Assembly: GCA_964631415.1 (NCBI GenBank)
Contig: CAZVZC010000001.1
Span: forward strand, 68,638-132,637
From: an uncultured archaeon
GTDB lineage: Archaea > Asgardarchaeota > Thorarchaeia > Thorarchaeales > Thorarchaeaceae
DNA: 64,000 bases
Direction of reading: 5' to 3'
Part shown: in pieces, positions 48,891-58,037 of the stretch
How the letters are laid out: each line of letters starts with the position of its first letter
Numbering within the stretch: the first letter of the stretch is position 1
Notes under the pieces: generated by a model
Databases searched by the model: none
What the model was told of the DNA's origin: nothing
What the model saw: the letters and a program-made list of their open reading frames with translations, nothing else
Translations under genes and position numbers: made by a program

Positions 48891-50696
48891 ATGAGCCAAC
48901 AGACTGGGAGAATCGAGAACATAGCTGGGCCGGTTGTGAAGTGCAGCGGAATCCGTGCTGTGCGTATGTATGAGGTGGTGCGGGTAGGCAAGGAGAAGCT
49001 GATCGGTGAGGTCATCGAGGTGGGAGAGAATGAGTTCACGGCGCAAGTATACGAGGAAACCTCCGGTCTCTGTCCAGGCGAGCCTGTGATTTCTACTGGG
49101 AATGCTCTCTCAGTGGAACTCGGACCTGGCTTGCTCGGCTCCATCTACGATGGAATCCAGCGACCGCTACCACAGCTACAGTTTCTTTCGGGTGACTTCA
49201 TAACCCGCGGCTTAACAGTTGAGGGACTGAACAAGGAGAAGAAATGGACATTCACTCCTTTGATGAAGGTCGGTGATCATACCAAACCCGGAGATATCAT
49301 CGGTGAGGTTCCTGAAAGCGGCATAATAGTATCGAAGATAATGACCCCGCTTAGTGTTGAGGGTGACATAGTCAGCATTGTGCCCGCGGGCCAATACACA
49401 GTTCTTGAACCCGTCTGCAGAGTGAAAGATGGCCGAGGGGATGTACACGACATTATCATGATGCAGAAGACGCCTGTACGCGTAGGCCGTCCCTTCAAGG
49501 AACGTGTCGGAATGGACACGCCGCTGATTACTGGACAGAGAGTGATTGACACTTTCATGCCACTAGCGAAGGGTGGTACAGGTGCCATTCCTGGTGGGTT
49601 TGGCACAGGAAAGACAGTCACACTCCACCAGTTTGCGAAGTGGGCCGATGCCCAAGTGATAGTATACGTTGGGTGCGGCGAACGTGGGAATGAGATGACT
49701 GAGGCTCTTGAAGAATGGCCGAAACTCAAGGATCCGAAGTCGGGCAGGCCGCTGATGGAGCGAACGGTACTAATTGCCAACACGTCAAACATGCCCGTGG
49801 CAGCACGAGAAGCCTCGATATATGTAGCAGCCACAATAGCGGAATACTTCAGGGACCAAGGTTACGATGTCGCTCTCATGGCTGACTCGACCTCTCGCTG
49901 GGCCGAAGCCCTGCGTGAAATCTCAGGTCGACTAGGCCAGCTGCCTTCTGAGGAAGGCTATCCAGCCTACCTAGGTTCGCGCCTAGCACAGTTCTATGAG
50001 AGAGGTGGTCGAGTCAAGACTCTATGTTCTGGTGAGAGGTTCGGGTCGGTGACAATGTGTGGGGCGGTTTCACCGCCAGGTGGTGACTTCTCAGAGCCTG
50101 TGACACAGGCCACATTGCGCATAGTGAAGGTCTTCTGGGCACTGGACAAGGACCTCGCGGCAAGGAGGTTCTTCCCGGCCATCAACACATTGACTAGCTA
50201 CTCACTGTATCACGCGAATCTTGAGAAGTGGCATAGAGCGAACTTGGGACCTGACTGGCCTCAGCTCGTGACTGAAGCAATGGCGCTCTTGCAGAAGGAT
50301 CAGGAACTGAGAGAGATAGTGCAGCTTGTCGGTCCGGATGCACTCCCCGAGTCCGAGCGCGCGGTTCTTGAGGCCGCAAGGATGATCAAGGAGGACTTTC
50401 TCACACAGAGTGCCGTGCACGAGATTGACACATACAGCCCGATTAGCAAGACCTATCGCATGTTGCGAATCATCATCATCTTCTCGCGAAAGATGGCCGA
50501 GGCAGTCAAAATGGGTGCGCACGTTCGAAGGGTACTTGAGTTCAGCGTACTCGACAACATCGCCCGGATGAAGATTGCGCCTTGGGACACATACAGCAAG
50601 ACCATGGATGCCATTGAGAGCAAGATGGAGCGAGAGTTTGATGCACTCTTCAAGGAGCTGACGGCATCCAGTGTGCCTTTGCCAACAGCACCTTGA
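48891..50696 (+). CDS. atpA: A/V-type ATP synthase subunit A (no intein)
   Basis: GGFGTGKT, GCGERGNE, PSEEGYPAYL, SPPGGD. Confidence 0.97.
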   Translation: MSQQTGRIENIAGPVVKCSGIRAVRMYEVVRVGKEKLIGEVIEVGENEFTAQVYEETSGLCPGEPVISTGNALSVELGPGLLGSIYDGIQRPLPQLQFLSGDFITRGLTVEGLNKEKKWTFTPLMKVGDHTKPGDIIGEVPESGIIVSKIMTPLSVEGDIVSIVPAGQYTVLEPVCRVKDGRGDVHDIIMMQKTPVRVGRPFKERVGMDTPLITGQRVIDTFMPLAKGGTGAIPGGFGTGKTVTLHQFAKWADAQVIVYVGCGERGNEMTEALEEWPKLKDPKSGRPLMERTVLIANTSNMPVAAREASIYVAATIAEYFRDQGYDVALMADSTSRWAEALREISGRLGQLPSEEGYPAYLGSRLAQFYERGGRVKTLCSGERFGSVTMCGAVSPPGGDFSEPVTQATLRIVKVFWALDKDLAARRFFPAINTLTSYSLYHANLEKWHRANLGPDWPQLVTEAMALLQKDQELREIVQLVGPDALPESERAVLEAARMIKEDFLTQSAVHEIDTYSPISKTYRMLRIIIIFSRKMAEAVKMGAHVRRVLEFSVLDNIARMKIAPWDTYSKTMDAIESKMEREFDALFKELTASSVPLPTAP

Positions 50697-50775
50697 CAAG
50701 TCTTGCGGTCGGATGGAACCATACTCTGGTCTGAGTGGCCCTTATCAGACGATATGGATGGCAGACAGATGAGAT

Positions 50776-51366
50776 ATGACGCACCTAGATGAGATACTGG
50801 ATCTGCATCGAGAGATAGAACGATGCAGGCGATGCCCGCTTTGGAAGACTCGAAGGAATGCGGTCCCGGGCGAGGGTTCAGCAACAGCCAAAGTGATGTT
50901 CGTCGGCGAGGCTCCAGGTGCTAGAGAAGACGAGTCTGGTAGGCCGTTTGTAGGACGGTCTGGGGACCTTCTCACAGAGTTGCTCGCAGAGATAGGTCTC
51001 TCAAGGAGTGATGTCTTCATCACATCCATCCTGAAATCGCGTCCACCGAGGAACCGTCTCCCGACCAAGTCAGAGATTGATGCCTGTTACCCCTATCTCC
51101 AGAAACAGTTCGAATTAATCGCGCCTTCAGTGATAGTCCTTCTTGGCGGCGTGGCTGTGTCAGCGGTCATAGGTCCGTGGAAGATGTCTGACTGTCATGG
51201 CAGATTCTACGAGGGGGCCGGCAGGGTCTTTTTCATGACCTATCATCCTGCTGCAGCACTCAGATTTCCTAGGGCCAGGGAAGTGATGAGGGCAGACTTC
51301 GCGGCCTTGAAGACGCACCTAGACCAAGTGGCAGTTATATCCACAAGCAAAGACTCTCAATCGTGA
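50776..51366 (+). CDS. udg: family 4 uracil-DNA glycosylase
   Basis: CRRCPL, GEAPG, PFVG.SG, HPAA. Confidence 0.92.
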   Translation: MTHLDEILDLHREIERCRRCPLWKTRRNAVPGEGSATAKVMFVGEAPGAREDESGRPFVGRSGDLLTELLAEIGLSRSDVFITSILKSRPPRNRLPTKSEIDACYPYLQKQFELIAPSVIVLLGGVAVSAVIGPWKMSDCHGRFYEGAGRVFFMTYHPAAALRFPRAREVMRADFAALKTHLDQVAVISTSKDSQS

Positions 51367-51887
51367 AACCCCTGGAAGTATTCCTAACGTCCGTTTCCAT
51401 GATTCAAATCCCGCTTCAGTTTCAGCCCTTCCCATCATGGTGGTCTTCTGTGCTGGAAACGGTTCTGAATGCGGCATATGCTATTACCATCAGGGGATAC
51501 CTGCTGATTGTCTTGATCGGGCTCATGCTCTATATGACCGGTCTGTGCGATGAACTTGGCAAGATACTCGTAGTCGGGGGTGTCGGTATCTACCTTGTCG
51601 GGCCTTATCTTGTTAGCCTCTTTGCGACTGTAGCTGGCATCGAACCCATCACGCTTGAGAGTGCCACTAGTGCGTGGCTGAGAGTCTTCGCAATGAGTGA
51701 CAGTGAGCTAATCGCATTGATTGTGACCTTGGCTGAGGTTCTTGCAGCCATCTGTTGTCTGGCTGGAGCAATAATGTATTTCGTTCCGTCTTCAAACGAA
51801 CTGAGGTCTAGGGGGCAGTCGTTGATCGTCAGGGCACTGATTCTTGCCCCGGTGTTAGTCTTCTTTCAAGTATCCCCTTGGATATAG
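51363..51887 (+). CDS. membrane protein with two tandem helical-hairpin units (VirB2/CedA1-like pattern); start uncertain
   Basis: Two copies of G.M/I.Y...EL...G..L.V. Confidence 0.6.
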   Translation: MKPLEVFLTSVSMIQIPLQFQPFPSWWSSVLETVLNAAYAITIRGYLLIVLIGLMLYMTGLCDELGKILVVGGVGIYLVGPYLVSLFATVAGIEPITLESATSAWLRVFAMSDSELIALIVTLAEVLAAICCLAGAIMYFVPSSNELRSRGQSLIVRALILAPVLVFFQVSPWI

Positions 51888-51960
51888 TACATTCACCTCG
51901 ACATAACTCTTAAATGAATGCCACCGCTCCGGCGGGACGTGGATTGACCGTGCACCTTGG

Positions 51961-53373
51961 GTGAGCACACCGATGGCAGACAGGTCCTCTATCGAGTATC
52001 GAACGGTTTCTGACGTGAGTGGTCCCCTGCTCATTGTGCAGAACACACACAATGTAGGCTATAACGAAGTCGCGAGGATTCGATCCCCCTCAGGGGAGTT
52101 GCTGACAGGGACTGTGCTTGAAACAGGTCACGGCAAGGCTATCATACAAGTCTTCGAGGGCACCAGCGGGTTGGACACCGACCTGACGTCCGTACGTTTC
52201 GTAGGAGAAACACTGAAACTGCCAGTGTCCACTGAGATTCTTGGACGCGTGTTGGATGGGTCGGGAAACCCACTGGACAAGGGTCCTCCCCTGACGGCAG
52301 AGGATCACTGGGACATAAACGGCTCGCCAATCAACCCCTACGCCCGTCAATACCCACGACAGCCGATCCAGACAGGTCTTTCAGTAATCGATGGGCTCAA
52401 TACACTTGTCCGTGGTCAGAAGCTGCCGATCTTCTCAGGCTCTGGACTGCCTCACAACCGGATTGCTGCACAGATAGTCAGGCAAGCAAAGATCCCCGGT
52501 GAGGAGGGCCAGTTTGCTATAGTGTTTGCAGCGATGGGGATTACTGCAACTGAGGCCCAGTACTTCATGAACTCCTTTGAGGAAACAGGCGCACTCGAAC
52601 ACACAACTCTGTTCTTGAACCTAGCTAATGACCCTGCAATCGAACGCATCATCACACCTAGGGCTGCATTGACAGCGGCCGAGTACTTGGCATATCAAGC
52701 GGACATGCACATTCTGGTGATACTGACTGACATGACGAATTACGCAGAGGCTCTACGTGAGATAAGCGCTGCAAGGTCTGAGGTTCCGGGCCGCCGCGGA
52801 TACCCGGGGTACTTATACACGGACCTCAGCCTGATCTATGAGCGCGCGGGTCGTATCCACGGCAGAAAGGGAACTATTACACAAATGCCTATACTGTCAA
52901 TGCCACAGGACGACATGACACATCCTATTCCTGACCTGTCCGGATACATCACCGAAGGTCAGCTTCCACTGAGTAGAGGACTGCACAGGCGAGGAATCTA
53001 CCCGCCGATAGACCCCGGCCCGTCACTGAGTCGTCTGATGAAGGAGGGTATCGGCGAGGGGATGACTCGTTTCGACCACAAAGAGATACAGGCACAGCTC
53101 TACTACTGTTACTCTGAAGGCAGGGACTTGAGAGATCTCGTTGCCGTCGTCGGGTCAGAAGCCCTGACAGATCGTGACCAGAAGTACCTGAAGTTCGCTG
53201 ACAGGTTCGAGCAGGAATTCATAAACCAAGGAGAGTCTGAAGATAGGTCGTTCGAGCAGACCTTGGACCTAGGGTGGACCCTGCTCTGCGAGTTTCCTGA
53301 GAGAGAACTGAAGAGATGCGACCCGCAAACCATCTCTTGGGCCAAGGAGAAAGGCGTCTACAAGCCTGCATGA
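51961..53373 (+). CDS. atpB: A/V-type ATP synthase subunit B
   Basis: [40 protein letters not shown]. Confidence 0.97.
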   Translation: MSTPMADRSSIEYRTVSDVSGPLLIVQNTHNVGYNEVARIRSPSGELLTGTVLETGHGKAIIQVFEGTSGLDTDLTSVRFVGETLKLPVSTEILGRVLDGSGNPLDKGPPLTAEDHWDINGSPINPYARQYPRQPIQTGLSVIDGLNTLVRGQKLPIFSGSGLPHNRIAAQIVRQAKIPGEEGQFAIVFAAMGITATEAQYFMNSFEETGALEHTTLFLNLANDPAIERIITPRAALTAAEYLAYQADMHILVILTDMTNYAEALREISAARSEVPGRRGYPGYLYTDLSLIYERAGRIHGRKGTITQMPILSMPQDDMTHPIPDLSGYITEGQLPLSRGLHRRGIYPPIDPGPSLSRLMKEGIGEGMTRFDHKEIQAQLYYCYSEGRDLRDLVAVVGSEALTDRDQKYLKFADRFEQEFINQGESEDRSFEQTLDLGWTLLCEFPERELKRCDPQTISWAKEKGVYKPA

Positions 53374-53419
53374 TCCTGTCAGATGAACATGACATGTCAC
53401 ACGACTAGGTTGCGACGGT

Positions 53420-53758
53420 TCACTCAAGGCCAAAGCGCAAGTAGTGATCCTTTTCCTTCTTCGCCCCGAAGCTTCTGAGACCTTCTGCCCTCAGCTTCTT
53501 CTTGATCTCTGATGCTTCCGACTCACTGATCTCTCTTCTCTTGACCATGAAGTCGATAATCTCAACTGCTTGGGACTCTGTGTCGCATCTCCGTATGTAG
53601 TCCACCACATCAGGCATGAATGTTGGTTCAGCACCTGATTCACCGGACTTGTCAGAAACGGTACGGGCTTCTTCCACTTTGTAGACCTTGGTCTTTCCTT
53701 CTTCCAGTTCCTCGCTGAGTGCAGGGAAGTCTTCGCCAAGTTCTTTCTTTCTAGCCAT
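53420..53758 (-). CDS. DUF2095-like protein
   Basis: FPAL.EEL, P.VVDYIRRC.T, GLRSFG.KK. Confidence 0.7.
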   Translation of the reverse strand: MARKKELGEDFPALSEELEEGKTKVYKVEEARTVSDKSGESGAEPTFMPDVVDYIRRCDTESQAVEIIDFMVKRREISESEASEIKKKLRAEGLRSFGAKKEKDHYLRFGLE

Positions 53759-53863
53759 GGTCCACCACCAGACCCTACGAGATGCTACTGATCCTGGCGT
53801 GTCTGAGAGAACAGTCTGTGAAACGCCTTATGAACATTCGGCTGACGGCTCTCTGCGATTGTT

Positions 53864-55393
53864 TCACTGGTTCTTTATGAAGTTCCAAGGAAGATCCCCA
53901 TCCAAGTGCTGTGCGTCACTGGCCATAGATAGGACCGGGACTCCAGTTTCGCTCTGTGCTCTCCTCCATCCGCCGTACCCTCCGTACCTTGCCGCCACTA
54001 GTATTGCTTTTCCCAGTGATCTGTTGCCGATGGACAGGGCCGCCTGAATGCGTGCGCTTCTGGGATCGAGTGTTTCAAACTCGACACGCTTGGCGCCGCG
54101 TAGCCCCCTCTCAACTATTCTGATTTTGGCACGTATGCTTTCAATTGACGGCTGTGCTTCACGCTCCCAATCTGTGTGTGCCTTCGGTATGAATGGGTTC
54201 AAGCTAACCGTGACTCTCATACCGCTCATCTTGACTAGGCGTTCTACCATCGTCGGGATGGTTCTCACGTCATCGTCAGTTTCACCGGGCAGTCCTATCA
54301 TGAAGTAGAGTTTCAGGGCTCCAAAGCCGGCTTTGGCTGCCAGCTGCACCGTGTTCTCAATATCTTCGTCAGACAGCGTCTTCCCTGCTGATTTCCTCAG
54401 CTGCTGCGACCCTGTTTCAGGAGCGATTGTGAATGTCTTCTGTCCTCCTCTCACCAAGATGGATAGCAGTTCTCCACTGACTGAGTCTGCTCTTAGGGAG
54501 GGCACCGACAGCCCAAGGCCACGGTCCACTATCCATGAGGCCAAGTCCCCCAAGCCGTCGATATCTCCCAGCGAGGAAGCAATGAGTGCAACCTTGTGCA
54601 CTGGCGTTTCCTCGATTCCCTTTGTAATGATTTCCTTCAGACGCCCAAGTGATCTTGCTCTCTTGGGTCGGCAGATGTGACCAACTAGACAGAACTTGCA
54701 GGAATATCCGCATCCTCTTGTTGTTTCGACAAGCAAAGACCTGCCGAACACGGGCTCTAGACTAGAACCTTCCGGAACATCTGGGAGGATTTGAGCGGTT
54801 GGGTGAGGCAGAGAATCCAATTGGCTGAATCTGAGCCTGCGCACTTCGGACTGTCCGGCCGCAGGCACGTACACTCCCTCGATTCCGGCCAGTTCTTTGA
54901 CAATCTCAGAACGCGACGCCAGCGAGGCCGCCGCATCCACAATCTGGCTGATGACAAGATCCCCCTCACCAATCACGAACGCATCCACAAAGTCTGCATA
55001 AGGTTCTGGATTGGCACTAGGTACGGGTCCTCCCACGAGCACAATGGGGTCCGTTTCTGAACGTTGCGCTGCCATAACTGGTATGTTTCCACGGTCAAGC
55101 ATCTGAAGGAGATTGAGAATGTCCTCTTCATAGGTAAGTGAGAAGCCCACGATATGATTCTCCTTCAATGGCCTTCCGCTTTCGACGGAGTGGCAGGGAG
55201 ATGCGACATCGTACCTGAAGTATCTCTCACACGAAGTGTCTTCTCTGTCGTTCAATATGGAGTAGAAAAGATGTGTTGCGAGACCTGTCATTCCTGCTCG
55301 ATAGGTGGACGGATAGGCATACCCAAAGAGCACGTCTACATTTCTCGTGTCCTTGAGAATCGAGTTGAACTCTTTTACACCAGTGGTGGGCAA
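53864..55393 (-). CDS. B12-binding-domain radical SAM protein (start approximate)
   Basis: YPSTY, GGP...NPEP, GEGD, RGCGYSCKFC, YFMIGLPGE, FIPKAHT. Confidence 0.85.
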   Translation of the reverse strand: MPTTGVKEFNSILKDTRNVDVLFGYAYPSTYRAGMTGLATHLFYSILNDREDTSCERYFRYDVASPCHSVESGRPLKENHIVGFSLTYEEDILNLLQMLDRGNIPVMAAQRSETDPIVLVGGPVPSANPEPYADFVDAFVIGEGDLVISQIVDAAASLASRSEIVKELAGIEGVYVPAAGQSEVRRLRFSQLDSLPHPTAQILPDVPEGSSLEPVFGRSLLVETTRGCGYSCKFCLVGHICRPKRARSLGRLKEIITKGIEETPVHKVALIASSLGDIDGLGDLASWIVDRGLGLSVPSLRADSVSGELLSILVRGGQKTFTIAPETGSQQLRKSAGKTLSDEDIENTVQLAAKAGFGALKLYFMIGLPGETDDDVRTIPTMVERLVKMSGMRVTVSLNPFIPKAHTDWEREAQPSIESIRAKIRIVERGLRGAKRVEFETLDPRSARIQAALSIGNRSLGKAILVAARYGGYGGWRRAQSETGVPVLSMASDAQHLDGDLPWNFIKNQ

Positions 55394-55403
55394 GGCACAG
55401 TCC

Positions 55404-56690
55404 TCAGTCGTCTGTTTCGAGGCTAACAACTTTCTTCGGCTCATCGGACAGGACAAGCCTCCCTGCCGGGATATCCCTGTCTACAATGACGCCAATACCT
55501 GTACGTGCACCTTGGTGAACCACTACCCCCGGACTGAGTAGAGTGCCAATGCCAGTCTTCACGTTGTCCCCAATGATGGCCCCCATTTTGCGGCGGCCTG
55601 AGTTCACTCTTTCACCCTTGACAGTCACGTGCACTGGCTGATCATCATGACGTAGATTCGCAGTGATAGTCCCTGCGCCGAAGTTCGACTTACGCCCTAT
55701 GACTGAGTCGCCGACATAGGATAGGTGTCCAATATGTGTGTCCTCCATTATGATGCTGTTCTTTATCTCGACCGCATTTCCAACTTTTACACCTCGACTG
55801 AGTGAAGTGCTCGGGCGAATGTAGCAGTTGGGTCCTACAACACAGTCCTCTCCTATACAGGCTGGTCCCTCGATGTATGCACCACTCTTGATGACAGCCC
55901 CTCTCTCCACGATGACATTTCCCTTGACGGTCGCACCATCCTCGACCTCGCCGTCAATCCTTCGTACGGCATCCGCTAAGACGAGTTCATTTGCTCTCAG
56001 GAGATCCCAAGGCTTTCCTATGTCGAGCCACCAGGAAGGCAGCAAATAGACTCCGACCATTCTCTGTTTTATCAGCATCATGATCGAGTCGGTTATCTCA
56101 TATTCGCCGCGCGAAGACAGTCCAGTCTTGTCAATTGCGTGCCACATCTCAGGGCCAGTCGCATAGACTCCAGCATTGACGAGCTTGCTTGTTAGCTGGT
56201 CAGCTTTTGGCTTCTCTATCAACCCCACGGCCCTGTCATCTTGAGCCATGACTATTCCATAAGGAGTGGGGTCTTCGACTGGGGTGACGGAAAGAATCGT
56301 CTTGAATCTGGCATTTTCATAGAGGCTGATTAGACCTGGAATGGTGTTTGGCCCTACCATCACGTCACCATACATCAGGATTAGTGGGTCCTGTTTGGCG
56401 AACTCGCGGGCGTGCGCTGCCGCGTGGGCAGTACCCTTTCTTTCCTTTTGGAGCACGTAAGAAACCTTCATCGGGTCCCAGTTCTGTGAGTCTATGGCCT
56501 CGCGAAGTTCTTCGCCATGGTAGCCGTAGACGACCAGTGTGTCTTGTATTCCTGCGTCCTTCAGGGCTCTAAGAGTATGGAAAATCAACGGCTGCCCCGC
56601 TACGGGCAAGAGGTGTTTGGGCAAGTTCGCAGACAGCGGCTGCATTCTTGTGGAGTCGCCTGCTGCCAGTAGGGCTGCCTTCGCTATCAT
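55404..56690 (-). CDS. glmU: bifunctional sugar-1-phosphate nucleotidylyltransferase/acetyltransferase (GlmU-like)
   Basis: LAAG..TRM.P, PK, left-handed beta helix, HLSYVGDS, GAGTITAN. Confidence 0.88.
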   Translation of the reverse strand: MIAKAALLAAGDSTRMQPLSANLPKHLLPVAGQPLIFHTLRALKDAGIQDTLVVYGYHGEELREAIDSQNWDPMKVSYVLQKERKGTAHAAAHAREFAKQDPLILMYGDVMVGPNTIPGLISLYENARFKTILSVTPVEDPTPYGIVMAQDDRAVGLIEKPKADQLTSKLVNAGVYATGPEMWHAIDKTGLSSRGEYEITDSIMMLIKQRMVGVYLLPSWWLDIGKPWDLLRANELVLADAVRRIDGEVEDGATVKGNVIVERGAVIKSGAYIEGPACIGEDCVVGPNCYIRPSTSLSRGVKVGNAVEIKNSIIMEDTHIGHLSYVGDSVIGRKSNFGAGTITANLRHDDQPVHVTVKGERVNSGRRKMGAIIGDNVKTGIGTLLSPGVVVHQGARTGIGVIVDRDIPAGRLVLSDEPKKVVSLETDD

Positions 56691-56926
56691 ATGTCGCTGC
56701 TGAAGTGCGAGGGGTGATAAAGAGTTCGCCATTTGGGACTACAGCGGGCCCAACGTCAAGGGATATGGTTTTAACTGGGTCACTGGGACTTATTTCACAG
56801 TATACGCGCTGGCAATGGGAGAATATCGCGGGCTGCGACCGCGACATTAGTCCTCAGACGGCGATAAGTTAATAAACATTAACGTTAGTTAAGTACTCAA
56901 TGTGGAACTGAATCTAGAGCACAATA

Positions 56927-57208
56927 ATGGGTTCCGGATTCACAGCGAGGAGAATGATTGCAATGATGACTGATTCGGAACTGGCCGAAGAACTCAAGGA
57001 AATGAAGCTGACAAAGAGTCAAATGATAGTGTTAGGCATCCTCAGAAAGAGCGGTCGGGATGGAGTTACGCCCAAGCAGCTCTTGGACAAGGTTTCATTT
57101 GCTCCAAGGACTGTGAGGTACGCACTCAGGAAACTACTGAAAAAGAACCTGATCAGACGAGTGCCTTGTCTGCAAGACATGCGTCAGTACATTTACACGC
57201 CAGCATAG
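56927..57208 (+). CDS. small winged-helix DNA-binding protein
   Basis: TPKQLL...PRTVRYALRKL...D.R...Y. Confidence 0.85.
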   Translation: MGSGFTARRMIAMMTDSELAEELKEMKLTKSQMIVLGILRKSGRDGVTPKQLLDKVSFAPRTVRYALRKLLKKNLIRRVPCLQDMRQYIYTPA

Positions 57209-57378
57209 TGTTACCAACAGACCCGTGTTTGTCCAGAGTGACTATCACCTGAGTTGGCGGGACTGAGAATGATGCGATCCAAAACATCTTGTTGTCAAAC
57301 CATGCTTTGGCTTCAGGGCTGTTATGGACGCTGCAACTAGTCTTAGCAGAACGGCAAGCTGAGTGGAGCGAGAACAAG

Positions 57379-58032
57379 ATGAAGAGCCTAAAGGTCGTGA
57401 CCGGCGAGAAAGCGGCTGCAGCAATACATGCGCTGAATGATGAATGCCGAAGGCGTATTCTCGATGCACTCAGGTCGAGAGAGATGCCCACACCAGAGAT
57501 AGCTGAGCTACTCTCTGATCAGGGGCATGATCAAGTGAAGCCCCAGACGGTCCGATATCACTTGAAAGAGCTGGAACGCGCCGGACTGATAGAGCAGACA
57601 AGATGTATGCCTGCTGGTGACGACGACACACACATAATGAAGAAGGTCTGGAGAGCAACAGCCGAGAGCATATTCATAGCCGCCGGGAAAGGAGCTGGGC
57701 CCCAGCAAGAAGGCACGAAAGACCTTGACATACCCGCCGTGATGCGCAAACTGGGATTCGAGCCTCCTAGCGAAGACTTTGTGAAGGAAACCACGACGAG
57801 GTACCTAGAATGGGACTCACTCTGGCGAAGGGGAAAGGAACTCGCAGAGCAGAGTCTCAGTACAATCCCTGAACTCAGTCCGGCTGAGTACTTGGTGCTC
57901 AGGAGACTTCTGAGCGTTGTACAGCTTCACAACGTGGATTATGCTCGCTACTGGGAAGTCAGCAAGGAAGTGGCTGACATGTTCAGGAAGGCTTACCTAG
58001 AGGGAATCGGGAAGAACCCGGATGTCTACTAG
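57379..58032 (+). CDS. ArsR-family winged-helix regulator
   Basis: RRRILDAL...EIAELL...TVRYHLKELERAGLI. Confidence 0.85.
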   Translation: MKSLKVVTGEKAAAAIHALNDECRRRILDALRSREMPTPEIAELLSDQGHDQVKPQTVRYHLKELERAGLIEQTRCMPAGDDDTHIMKKVWRATAESIFIAAGKGAGPQQEGTKDLDIPAVMRKLGFEPPSEDFVKETTTRYLEWDSLWRRGKELAEQSLSTIPELSPAEYLVLRRLLSVVQLHNVDYARYWEVSKEVADMFRKAYLEGIGKNPDVY

Positions 58033-58037
58033 AGCCT

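Noticed and set aside
57240-57300. CTGA-ga-ATGATGC as the D'/C' core of a second C/D RNA
   Set aside because: No properly spaced C or D box flanks it
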